A stretch of 64,000 nt of DNA from Chloroflexus sp. Lineage in GTDB: Bacteria; Chloroflexota; Chloroflexia; Chloroflexales; Chloroflexaceae. The position numbers and the translations under genes were made by a program. The notes under the pieces were generated by a model that worked only from the letters and a program-made list of their open reading frames with translations, did no database searches and had not been told where the DNA came from. The stretch is taken from NCBI RefSeq assembly GCF_034434295.1, contig NZ_DAOTZQ010000001.1, positions 31,903-95,902 of the forward strand. The letters run 5' to 3'. Below are positions 36,712-47,993 of this stretch, in pieces (the first letter of the stretch is position 1; each line of letters opens with the position of its first letter).

Positions 36712-38100
36712 CTACACCTCGATCTCGCGCACGACGTGCCGCAATTTACCGGCACGGGTGCGCGGCAGGCGGTCAACCAGTTCCCAGTCAATCTGCATCG
36801 TTGGCCCCAAATAGCGACGCGCTGTTTCGATAACAGCTTCCATCGAAGCCGGAACAAAATCAGATGCCGGTACCACGCGAATCACGATGCGATCATGAGC
36901 TACCTGAGCAATCTGGCTCTCTTTGATGCCCACCCCTGGTTTGGTCACATGGCTCAGTCGTCCAATCCAACGCCCATCAGGCGTCTTGATCCGGTCATCA
37001 ATCCGCCCTTCAATCGCCAGCCACGAGGGACTATGCCGGCCACAGGGACAATCATCGGCAGCGAGGGTCGCCAGATCGCCAGTTTGATAGCGAATAAACG
37101 GCGTACCAGAACTGGCAAATGAGGTGACAACAATCTGCCCGGTTTCACCAGGAGCAACCGGGTATCCCTGCTCATCAACTACCTCGGCGATAGCCGCTCG
37201 ACTCAAGACGTGATAACGGTGGTGCTCGCATTGCCACGCAATCTGTCCAACCTCACCGGTACCGTAGGTCTGAACGACCGGACAGCCAAACGCCTGCTCG
37301 ACGACGGCTTGCTGTTCGAGCGAGATACCTTCGCTATCGGTGATAATTGCTCGTAATGCCGGTGGCCGATCACCACTTTCTAGAATGTACGTTGCCAGCA
37401 GATGCCACGACGTTGGATAGCCGGTGCCATACACAACTGCATGGTCACGCAGCGCTTGCAGATAGTGCGGATAATATGCTGGAGCGAGATGGTAGGCCGA
37501 GCATTGTAATTGACGGTAGAGATCAATCCAGACCCAAAATGGTGGTTTTGTCCGGGTGTACGGGGTCACGTAAGCACCAGAGAAACGGGCACGTGATTGC
37601 CTAAAGTGACACCCTAGCGCTGCCAGCATCGCATCAGCCGGAGCCTGGTGATTCCGCGTTGCTTCGCGGTCAAGGTAGAAGGTCAGTGGTGTTCCGGTGG
37701 AACCACTGGTTTTACGTGGCCAAAGAGTACGGCGATTGAGATCGGGGGCTACCAGGGCGAGAGGATTGCGCCGAACCTGCTCCTTGTTGAGCATTGCTAA
37801 ACTGCTCAGATCAGCAAGACTGGTCAATGGGCGATCCGGCAAAATATCACGGTAGAATGGCACGCGCTGGCGAACCTCTGCCAGCAAGTGATTTAGGCGA
37901 TGAAGTTGCCATTCCTCCTGCTCAGAGCGGGAGCGAAAATACCAGGCCGGATTATGTTCGGCAACCAGATGCCGGTAATCACCGTGACGGCGAAACCATT
38001 CGCGACGAACGGCTTCCGCATTCACCAGAATCCGTTGCAACCAGCGGGGTGAATGATCGTAGAGTTGTTGCTGAGAGGGAAGTAGCATCAATCGCATCAC
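36712..38100 (-). CDS. CapK / coenzyme F390 synthetase-like adenylate-forming enzyme (phenylacetate-CoA ligase family)
   Basis: 462 aa with the AMP-binding P-loop TSGSTGTPL and a YGTGE-type motif, set in a capsule-cluster context. Confidence 0.75.
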   Translation of the reverse strand: MMRLMLLPSQQQLYDHSPRWLQRILVNAEAVRREWFRRHGDYRHLVAEHNPAWYFRSRSEQEEWQLHRLNHLLAEVRQRVPFYRDILPDRPLTSLADLSSLAMLNKEQVRRNPLALVAPDLNRRTLWPRKTSGSTGTPLTFYLDREATRNHQAPADAMLAALGCHFRQSRARFSGAYVTPYTRTKPPFWVWIDLYRQLQCSAYHLAPAYYPHYLQALRDHAVVYGTGYPTSWHLLATYILESGDRPPALRAIITDSEGISLEQQAVVEQAFGCPVVQTYGTGEVGQIAWQCEHHRYHVLSRAAIAEVVDEQGYPVAPGETGQIVVTSFASSGTPFIRYQTGDLATLAADDCPCGRHSPSWLAIEGRIDDRIKTPDGRWIGRLSHVTKPGVGIKESQIAQVAHDRIVIRVVPASDFVPASMEAVIETARRYLGPTMQIDWELVDRLPRTRAGKLRHVVREIEV

Positions 38101-38963
38101 AGCACCTCGAAACCAACCGTCTGCACCCCCATTGCGGCCAATCGCTCAACCAATGTCGGGTCACGAAAGACTTCAAATTCGCGCAGGCGAGATTCGGTTA
38201 GACCACCGAAGAGTCCGGGAATAACCCGCGTTGCCGGATGGATAACCAGTTCGGCGGGGAGACGACGCGGCCAGGGGATGCGCGCTACGATCTGATCGAT
38301 GGCAGCCTTACCCGGTCCAAAGCCTGGCGTACTCACCACCCCGGCCGGCATCCGTAAACCTCGCTTTTCCGCCGCAGCGGCCCAACGCGCAATGACTTGC
38401 CCCTTTAACCAGTAGATTGGATGGGTAAGATAGTACCGCAACGTCGAACTATAACGAGGCGCTGTAATCCGTCGGTGTGAACGCATAGCTGGAATACCGA
38501 GTTGATGGGCCAGATCAACCACCAGTGGGAAGAGGCGAGGCAACACATGCACATTCTGGTGAGTATTCCAAAATGCGGGCTGTCCGGTCAGTTCTACAAA
38601 TCGGGTGTACTGAGCTTGCAATTCAATGACAACCTGAGTTGGTGATATGCGGCGCGACAACCAACGTCGCCGAAACTCTGCTGCCGGCCAGAATTGCCCA
38701 TTGGGGGCTACCAGATCAGGCACTTCAGACAACGGTGCTACCGGCGTACCTGCTGTCAATGTCCAGTGGATTCCAATCGAAGCAGAGGAAAAATTCTTCG
38801 CCAGGCGATCAGCATCGGTATATGCCGGCATATTGGTCATAACACAAGTCGCTCGTAATGCTCCGGCAGCAAGGCATTCTTCAATAGCTCGATTCACTTC
38901 AGGACACATGCCATAATCATCGGCAGTGATGATCAACTGATGGGGATTGCGATAGTTGCTCAT
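38097..38963 (-). CDS. ChbG/YdjC-family carbohydrate deacetylase
   Basis: N-terminal LIITADDYGMCPEVNRAIEE and a downstream His motif; 288 aa. Confidence 0.8.
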   Translation of the reverse strand: MSNYRNPHQLIITADDYGMCPEVNRAIEECLAAGALRATCVMTNMPAYTDADRLAKNFSSASIGIHWTLTAGTPVAPLSEVPDLVAPNGQFWPAAEFRRRWLSRRISPTQVVIELQAQYTRFVELTGQPAFWNTHQNVHVLPRLFPLVVDLAHQLGIPAMRSHRRITAPRYSSTLRYYLTHPIYWLKGQVIARWAAAAEKRGLRMPAGVVSTPGFGPGKAAIDQIVARIPWPRRLPAELVIHPATRVIPGLFGGLTESRLREFEVFRDPTLVERLAAMGVQTVGFEVL

Positions 38964-40111
38964 AATAGCTCTGCGTATAATGCCAGCAAATATTGTGCTT
39001 CACGTTGCCAGTTATATTCATTAATTACCCGTCGCCGACCCTCAGCCCCCATGGTCTGCCGTAATACCGGGTCATCGAGTAAGCGCAGGATAGCGCTAGC
39101 GTAGGCTTCGCTATCGTCGGGTGGAACCATTATTGCACAACGACCATCACCAACGAAAGGACGACTCGGTGGCAGATCGCTGAGAACCACCGGCATACCG
39201 AGGGCCATGAACTCAAACAGTTTGGTCGGAATATTGTGTTGGAACTTCGGCAGATCGGGAAGCGGAATAAAACCGATCCGGGCCTGTCGCACGCGGGGTG
39301 CCACCTGATCGTGTGGCACAGGATCGGGATCGATCACGAAATCGTCTTGCAGACCACGGCGGGCTAACTCTTCCCGCGCCCACCCGATCTCCGGGCACCG
39401 CCCGAAAAAGAGCCAGCGCACACAACGACCTCGCCGCCGTAATGCTTCGGCGACTGCGAACGTCACTTCGAGATGGTAGCGCGGGATTGTCCCGTGGTAC
39501 ACCAGATCGAACGGTGCATCTTCAGACGGGGGTGGCTGTTGGAGGAAGAGATCGAGCTGGGGAAAATTATGCACTGTGACTACCCGCCTGGCCCGAAATT
39601 GCCGCAGGTAGAGATCGGCCACACCGCGATCAGCCGTAATAATCGCATCGAAGGCCCGTGCAGCCAGGCGCTCAAGCGTGGCTATGCCAAGTTCTAATCC
39701 CTTGCGCAGCAGAGGATTGACATGATGCTTCTGGCGGATATACGCCGTGTTATTTTCGTGGCAATCGAACACCACACGTGCGCCAGTTGTGACTTTTAAC
39801 CACAGCCCAAGCGGGATCAATTCGGGATCGTGCAGATGATAGAGATCGGCCCTAAGCTGTCGCGCCAGGGCAGCCGCTCGCTGCATGCGTTGCCAGCGAC
39901 GTTTCAATGCCAGCTCTAACCGTTGTTCGGCAGGTACACCGACACTGCGCAGGTGAACCGCCTGGCGCTCCAGTTCAGTTACCGGCAACGGTACCAGGAG
40001 ATGAGTCTCGTAACCGGCTGACGCCAGGCTTGCACATTCACGATAGAAGATGCGTTGATCGAACGGTGGATGTACAGTCGAGATATGCACAACCCGATGG
40101 CGAGCGATCAA
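38960..40111 (-). CDS. glycosyltransferase family 4
   Basis: GT-B sequence (RVVHISTVHPPFDQRIFYRE...). I prefer TTG 40111, which overlaps the upstream TGA as TTGA. The ORF-track ATG 40186 would overlap the upstream gene by 79 nt. Confidence 0.75.
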   Translation of the reverse strand: MIARHRVVHISTVHPPFDQRIFYRECASLASAGYETHLLVPLPVTELERQAVHLRSVGVPAEQRLELALKRRWQRMQRAAALARQLRADLYHLHDPELIPLGLWLKVTTGARVVFDCHENNTAYIRQKHHVNPLLRKGLELGIATLERLAARAFDAIITADRGVADLYLRQFRARRVVTVHNFPQLDLFLQQPPPSEDAPFDLVYHGTIPRYHLEVTFAVAEALRRRGRCVRWLFFGRCPEIGWAREELARRGLQDDFVIDPDPVPHDQVAPRVRQARIGFIPLPDLPKFQHNIPTKLFEFMALGMPVVLSDLPPSRPFVGDGRCAIMVPPDDSEAYASAILRLLDDPVLRQTMGAEGRRRVINEYNWQREAQYLLALYAELL

Positions 40112-40920
40112 AGACCGCTCAACCGGGCGCGCCACCGTTCGGGCAGCAGCGGTATCATCGGGTAGATAAGAGTGCGGTTGAGCCATCGCATCCCCCCAAA
40201 GATAGTCTCATATAGACGCAATTCCCACGGCGCGTAGACCGTTTGCAATGCTCGCTGCCGTTCGGCATAGAAAAGTGCTGAACGTTGACTACTAACCCCA
40301 CCACCGTCGAAGATTGCAACCTCTTTCGTGACGTGTTGATAACGCACACGCCGCCGCAGGATCATGTCGAGCAGATAGGCGTAATCGGCCAGAATCCGGT
40401 AATCAGTGGCAAAGGGTTGGGCAAGATAGATTTCACGACGGACAAACCAAACCTGCTGACAGATCATTTTGCGGTACAGCCAGAAGCGATTAAGCCGATC
40501 AGGGTACGTAATCAACCGACCGGCACCGGCACGCCCGGTTCCCAGATGCGGATGCTGGACAAATGAGCGTACATCACCGTAGAGAAAATCGGGTTCGCTA
40601 CTGCGAGTGATCTCCTCTGCCACTGTCGAGAGGACATCTGGCCCGGCAAACCTGTCACCGGCGTTAAGAAAACAAATATACCTTCCCTGCGCCTGGGTAA
40701 TCCCCTGATTCATTGCATCGTAGATGCCAGTATCAGGAGAGACGATCACCCGTACACCGAGAGACTGGAGGTGCTCAGCCGTACCATCGGTTGAACAACC
40801 ATCTTTCACCAGGTATTCAACGTCCGCAAAATCTTGTGCCAACACGCTACGTGCCGTCTGCTCGGCATCTACTACACAATTTAAGGTAATCGTAATAATG
40901 CTGAACAGGGGTTGCTTCAC
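40108..40920 (-). CDS. glycosyltransferase family 2
   Basis: FSIITITLNCVVDAEQTARSVLAQDFADVEYLVKDGCSTDGT. I prefer GTG 40920, which overlaps the upstream TGA as GTGA. The ORF-track start at 41088 overlaps the upstream gene by 172 nt. Confidence 0.8.
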   Translation of the reverse strand: MKQPLFSIITITLNCVVDAEQTARSVLAQDFADVEYLVKDGCSTDGTAEHLQSLGVRVIVSPDTGIYDAMNQGITQAQGRYICFLNAGDRFAGPDVLSTVAEEITRSSEPDFLYGDVRSFVQHPHLGTGRAGAGRLITYPDRLNRFWLYRKMICQQVWFVRREIYLAQPFATDYRILADYAYLLDMILRRRVRYQHVTKEVAIFDGGGVSSQRSALFYAERQRALQTVYAPWELRLYETIFGGMRWLNRTLIYPMIPLLPERWRARLSGL

Positions 40921-42107
40921 ATTGCGTCTCCTGAACCAATTGAACGCTGATAGCGTGCCCATTGCGCTCGATAGCGCCGACGATGTTCTGGAATAAATTT
41001 GGCTTGCAACGCCGGCGGTAATCGTTTCACTAACGCTGGCGGAGTCTGTTCCCGTACCAGTTGAATCAGACGGGATCGTGGTCGCCACCAGATCAAATAT
41101 GCCAGATAATCTCGCCAGGCCCGTAACCGTTCCTGTCGCCGGGCTGCCTGCACCATCTGCACATAGCGCGGATCGGCGAGCAGACGCTCAATATCGTCGG
41201 TACGCCGTTGTTCAACGACTACCCTCCCGGCTGCTATATCGGCCCGCAACGCTTCGATAGGCTGTGGATGGCGGCCATCAAAACGACACAACCAGTTGCG
41301 AGTACCGTACTGATCCATAATCCGCAGGCCGTTTGTCAGATTTACTTCGCTAAGCAGATCGAGATTCTTCTGCAAACGACCACGCTCGCGTTCCCACGGT
41401 TGATTCTGGTAATACGCCCCTTTACGGGTATACTGGTGCGGAAACACCATGTAGTAGTGATACATCCACACCCCAAACGCATCAGCATGTGCAATCCGAC
41501 GCCGGGTCACATTCCGCCCGCGTTCATCCACAATCGTCGGCGGACGATGGCTGTCGTAGCGGTACCCCGGCCGCCAGCGGAAGACTCGCCGATAACGGCC
41601 CCACGGCTCGCCCTGGTATTGTCGATGCCAGAAAAAACCACCATCGGTCAGGTAATCAAAGCCACCCCAGAAATGATAGGCCCGAAAACAGAGACAACTG
41701 GTTTCGGGATGCTGGTGGAGATACGCTGCTACCCGGGCAATATCGGCGGGATGGTAAAACTCATCAACATCAATCTGCCACAACCAATCACCGGTTGCCC
41801 GTTCAGCATACGCCCGACTCTGTTCGTCCTTCTCGCCCGGCCAGAAGCCGTTAGGATGCCCACACATCTCGGCAGTGACGATGATCAATTTGTCGTCGGG
41901 GTCTTCTTCCGCTTTGAAGCGGTACAATGTCTGTAACGTACCGTCAAGTGAATGACCATCAGGGGTGGCCGAGTGGGCTGCCTGCGGACTGGCCCCTTCT
42001 GCCACAATGATCTGATGCGCATAGGGGTAAATGGCACGCAAATTGTAGCGTAGAAATGGCTCACCATTGAGCACAATCATGCCGAACGTGATCCGCGGGT
42101 AATTCAT
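40917..42107 (-). CDS. hypothetical glycan-cluster protein, glycosyltransferase-like N-terminus
   Basis: ATG 42107 overlaps the upstream stop as ATGA. It begins MNYPRITFGMIVLNGEPFLRYNLRAIYPYAHQIIVAEGA and has DVDEF (DxD-like). The family is not firmly recognised. Confidence 0.55.
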   Translation of the reverse strand: MNYPRITFGMIVLNGEPFLRYNLRAIYPYAHQIIVAEGASPQAAHSATPDGHSLDGTLQTLYRFKAEEDPDDKLIIVTAEMCGHPNGFWPGEKDEQSRAYAERATGDWLWQIDVDEFYHPADIARVAAYLHQHPETSCLCFRAYHFWGGFDYLTDGGFFWHRQYQGEPWGRYRRVFRWRPGYRYDSHRPPTIVDERGRNVTRRRIAHADAFGVWMYHYYMVFPHQYTRKGAYYQNQPWERERGRLQKNLDLLSEVNLTNGLRIMDQYGTRNWLCRFDGRHPQPIEALRADIAAGRVVVEQRRTDDIERLLADPRYVQMVQAARRQERLRAWRDYLAYLIWWRPRSRLIQLVREQTPPALVKRLPPALQAKFIPEHRRRYRAQWARYQRSIGSGDAM

Positions 42108-43459
42108 TGCTGTACCCCTGCTGTAACTGCGCACTGACGTACTCGCAATAGTGCCGGCAATGGTTGATGGGCAGGAGCCGTCGCTACACCGATACTGAGT
42201 GCCCACACTGCCCACAGCGGCCAGTGCAGATGAGCGGTTGACATTGTATTTCCCGATGCCTGGCCGTGTACCACCGCGAAGAGAAACAAACTGAAGAAGA
42301 CAACCCGCCAAATGGATCGATCATCGTTGGGAGTCTGCGCCCAAACCGCCGGCAACCGACGCAATGCCCAAACGAGATAGCCAATCAGGAATGCCATCCC
42401 AACCAGCCCCTGATCGGCCAGAGTACCAATAAAGATATTGTGTGACCAGAGTTTCTGTTCAAACCCCCACCCCCACACCGGTGAAGCGAGAAAATAGTTC
42501 CAGCCAATTAACCACAAACCCCCGCGATCCTCAAAGATGTTAAACGACTCTTCCAGACCACTCTCACCTTCACGCACTACCAGATGGGGAGCGACCTGGT
42601 ACAGAAGAACGACAATCACCACAATTGCAGCTATCGCTAGCGGTACTCGCCAGGACTTCTTGCCAGAACGCGACAATGCCCAGGCGAAGATCAAACTGGC
42701 GGCTAATCCTGCGCCGCTGAGTGATTGCCGGACACCGGTAAGGAACACCCCGTAACCACAAAAGAGCGCGAGGGCAAGTACGGCTATCATCGACCATAAA
42801 TGACGAGCCTGGAGGAAAAGACCAAGTCCAAGCAGAAACGCAATACTTAAGTGGTGGGAGAAGAAGTTGTATTCACGAATACCAAGGTTCCGATACGGCA
42901 ACGATGAAAGACCAGGATCACTTAATAGATAACTGAGCGGAACATCGATGAAGCGCAGCGCTACATATAACCCATAGGCGCTGGTCAACAGGTAGGCGAG
43001 TGCAAACCGTCTGGCTGCACCAGAGTCACGGATCACCATCAAGGCAACAAGCGACCCAGTGATGATGAAGAGTAACAGCGGGTGCGAAATTGACATCTTA
43101 TTCGGCAAATCGAACTGGAAGAGCACACAAAGCGCCCAGCCCCACCACAATCCCATCCACGGAATGATCCACGAATCGGTAGTTGGTATCAGTTGACGGG
43201 TGGTTACATCGAGTCGCTGTGGCAGTAACGACCACGGTCGCACGACGTGGAGATACCGGATGAGGGCCAGTACAATCGTCATCAGCAACGGCCAGGTCGC
43301 CGCACTCGGCCCCACGAAGACCGTGCGGGTCCAGAGTGATACCGACAAATACATCGCCAGCGGAATCTCTGGTCGCCCGCGCCAGACCGCGTAAAGACAC
43401 ACCAATCCGAGCAATACCAGTTCTATCGGGTTGAGCGTGATTGAGCCGGTAACAACCAT
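42104..43459 (-). CDS. O-antigen ligase / polymerase family membrane protein (Wzy_C domain type)
   Basis: 451 aa with about 10-12 TM helices and a loop region with conserved R/H residues typical of the O-antigen ligase family. Confidence 0.7.
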   Translation of the reverse strand: MVVTGSITLNPIELVLLGLVCLYAVWRGRPEIPLAMYLSVSLWTRTVFVGPSAATWPLLMTIVLALIRYLHVVRPWSLLPQRLDVTTRQLIPTTDSWIIPWMGLWWGWALCVLFQFDLPNKMSISHPLLLFIITGSLVALMVIRDSGAARRFALAYLLTSAYGLYVALRFIDVPLSYLLSDPGLSSLPYRNLGIREYNFFSHHLSIAFLLGLGLFLQARHLWSMIAVLALALFCGYGVFLTGVRQSLSGAGLAASLIFAWALSRSGKKSWRVPLAIAAIVVIVVLLYQVAPHLVVREGESGLEESFNIFEDRGGLWLIGWNYFLASPVWGWGFEQKLWSHNIFIGTLADQGLVGMAFLIGYLVWALRRLPAVWAQTPNDDRSIWRVVFFSLFLFAVVHGQASGNTMSTAHLHWPLWAVWALSIGVATAPAHQPLPALLRVRQCAVTAGVQQ

Positions 43460-43471
43460 CGTATCGCCTTA

Positions 43472-45407
<1,936 letters not shown>

Positions 45408-46448
45408 TTACTGGACGATGAACTGAGCGTTGCGGTACTGGCTATCGAGTGCGTCTTTGATCACACCGTTCGTCAAAACACTGGCCACCTCGCGAATACC
45501 CTGTTCGACGCTAATCCGCGGTCGGAAACCAAGGCGTTCCCGGATTTTGGCAAACGAAACGCGAATATCGCGCATATCGCCACCGAAGGTCAGGTCTTTG
45601 TACTCGACCACAGTCCCCTCGACATGTCGTTGCACCAGGGCCACAATTTCATCCTTGGTGTAATTCCCCTCATCGCTCCCCACATTAAAAATCTCGCGAT
45701 TGACGACCGTTGCCGGGGCTTCCAGACCCAGCAAGATCGCATCACACACATCACGCACGTGCACGAACGAACGTGCATAACCGCGCTGATAGATGATCAG
45801 CTTGCGGCGCGTGATCGCTTCGAGGACGAACTGGTTAATGATGAGATCAAAACGTGTGCGGGGCGACACCCCAAACAGCGTGGCGAAACGGAAGAGAATC
45901 GGCATGGTCGCTGCCCCAGCCGTGTTTTCGCGCAGAAACTGCTCGGCCGCAATCTTCGTCTCAGCGTAGAGTGATTGCGGGTTCAGCGGCGACTCTTCAG
46001 TGACCGGCTTGCCATCGGGTGAGAGGCCGTAATTGCTGTAGGTGGAAGCAAAGACGAAACGTGCAACCCGTCCGGCATCGGCAGCAGCAAAGACCCGTTT
46101 GGTTCCTTCAAAGTTATACCGCCAGGCGACCTGCGGCCCTACCATCTGGCAGGCCGGAAAACCGACAATGGCCGCCAGATGAATTACTGCATCGAACGGT
46201 ACTGGCGGTAAATCACCGACGGCAATGCCATCGCTGGTGGCACGCAGTGTTGCTGGATCACAAATATCGCCTTTAGCAAAGCGGAAGCGCGGATGGTACC
46301 AGTAGCCTAACAGAGACGCACCACCAAAGATAAGGTCGTCTACCACTGTTACCGACCAACCCTGATTCAAGAGTACGCCGGTTAGTAAAGAACCAATATA
46401 CCCTGCGCCACCGGTAATCAAGGCATGAGGCATCTTCGCACTCGTCAT
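45408..46448 (-). CDS. NAD-dependent epimerase/dehydratase (extended SDR)
   Basis: ALITGGAGYIGS and YAETK (YxxxK). It is not a canonical Gmd sequence. Confidence 0.8.
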   Translation of the reverse strand: MTSAKMPHALITGGAGYIGSLLTGVLLNQGWSVTVVDDLIFGGASLLGYWYHPRFRFAKGDICDPATLRATSDGIAVGDLPPVPFDAVIHLAAIVGFPACQMVGPQVAWRYNFEGTKRVFAAADAGRVARFVFASTYSNYGLSPDGKPVTEESPLNPQSLYAETKIAAEQFLRENTAGAATMPILFRFATLFGVSPRTRFDLIINQFVLEAITRRKLIIYQRGYARSFVHVRDVCDAILLGLEAPATVVNREIFNVGSDEGNYTKDEIVALVQRHVEGTVVEYKDLTFGGDMRDIRVSFAKIRERLGFRPRISVEQGIREVASVLTNGVIKDALDSQYRNAQFIVQ

Positions 46449-46469
46449 TTGCTTCCTCCTCCAGGATGG

Positions 46470-47990
46470 TTACTGAACGGCCGAAAAGACGACCTGCGCA
46501 TTCATATTCCAGCGCAACCGCTGATCCCAGTTGTCGGGAATAATGCGCACGGTATACGTCGTACCGATGCCAGTCTCCTGACCAATCGGTTCGATGTAGC
46601 TGACTCTCCCGCTCAGACGCAGATCAGGGAGAGCGATAAAGCTGATTGTGACGGGATCGTTTTCCTGGATCAGACTAACGTGAATTTCACTCAGGTTAGG
46701 AACCACAATTTGCCACTGATCCAGCGTTGCCAGGGTGATAACCCGCTGATTAGCTTCAACCGTCTGGCCGGGTTGCACCGTTACTGCGACTACCGTCGCA
46801 TCAATCGGCGCTCGAATCTGGTACCGTTCGCGGTTCAATTCAGCCCGCCGCATCTCAATTTCAGTGCGCTCGATCCGTGCCTGCGCAATCGCGATCTGGG
46901 CGCTGGTTGGTTCAGCTATCAGACGGGCGTAATCAGCTTCGGCCTTGCGCAGTTCTGCTTCGTAGACGGCAACTTCATTGGGATGATTGATGGTCAGTTG
47001 CGCCAATCGTGCCTCGGCCTGCAAAATTCGCTTCTCGGCAGCCGCAATCTGATCAGGTGTAGCCGGGCGTGACGCATCAGCCAGTAAAGCCTCGGCCTGT
47101 TCTACCTCTGCCCGATAGACCGCAATCTCGCTAAACTCGTTCTGACGCACCGTCTCTAAAGCCACCCGCGCTTCTTGCAGACGACGCTCGGCATTTTCGA
47201 CAGCTCGCAACAGCCGAGTTTCATTATCGATTTGCGCCTGGGTCAATTCACCGCCATTCGCCACAATCTGCTGATTGGTCCACGCCGTGCGCGAATAGTC
47301 ATCCTGCGCATTGCGCAACTCGTTCGCCAATCGTTCAATCTGCGACTCGAGCTGGGTCTTTTCACCGGCCAGCGTATTAATGCGGGTTTGTAAGCGAGCT
47401 TTGGCTTCGGCTACTGCCGCTTCCAGACGGGCACGATTCTCTGGCGTAATGCCCTTCTGCAAGCGATCGAGTACTGCTCGCGCCTCGCGTAATTCAGCCT
47501 GCACAGCGGCAATATCGCTTTGAGTGACGTTTGTCCGACTACCAGCCAGCCGGGCACGCGCCCGTTCAATCTCGGCTTCAGCCTGGGCAATTTGCTCGGG
47601 AGTAGCTCCACTGCGCAACTGCTCATAATTCGCCTGTGCCTCTGCCAGTGCTACCCGCGCTTCAGCCAGTGTCAGATCGAGCGCCCGAATATCAAGACTT
47701 GCCATGACATCGCCAGCCCGCACCCGATCCCCGGGTTTAACCAACACCTCGACAACTGATCCGCCATTGACAAAACTAAGATCGAGCACGGTCATTGGCT
47801 GAACACGCCCGTTAGCGATCAATGTACCATTGACAATGGTTGGGGCAGCAGTTGCAGCAGGCACTGGCGATGATTCAGTTACCTGCGGCGTCGCCACAGC
47901 CACCGCTTCGGTATCAGGCATCGTCTGCTGAGTACATGCACTTAGCAGGAATGCCAGCATGGTGATCAACATCAACCAGAAACGTCGCAT
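46470..47990 (-). CDS. HlyD-family membrane-fusion-like lipoprotein with very long coiled coil
   Basis: Lipobox LLSAC, a biotinyl/lipoyl-like hairpin (VKPGDRVRAGDVMASLD) and repeated (A/P)T(P/S).QIA.A.A.I.RA..RL heptad-rich segments. Confidence 0.75.
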   Translation of the reverse strand: MRRFWLMLITMLAFLLSACTQQTMPDTEAVAVATPQVTESSPVPAATAAPTIVNGTLIANGRVQPMTVLDLSFVNGGSVVEVLVKPGDRVRAGDVMASLDIRALDLTLAEARVALAEAQANYEQLRSGATPEQIAQAEAEIERARARLAGSRTNVTQSDIAAVQAELREARAVLDRLQKGITPENRARLEAAVAEAKARLQTRINTLAGEKTQLESQIERLANELRNAQDDYSRTAWTNQQIVANGGELTQAQIDNETRLLRAVENAERRLQEARVALETVRQNEFSEIAVYRAEVEQAEALLADASRPATPDQIAAAEKRILQAEARLAQLTINHPNEVAVYEAELRKAEADYARLIAEPTSAQIAIAQARIERTEIEMRRAELNRERYQIRAPIDATVVAVTVQPGQTVEANQRVITLATLDQWQIVVPNLSEIHVSLIQENDPVTISFIALPDLRLSGRVSYIEPIGQETGIGTTYTVRIIPDNWDQRLRWNMNAQVVFSAVQ

Positions 47991-47993
47991 AGG

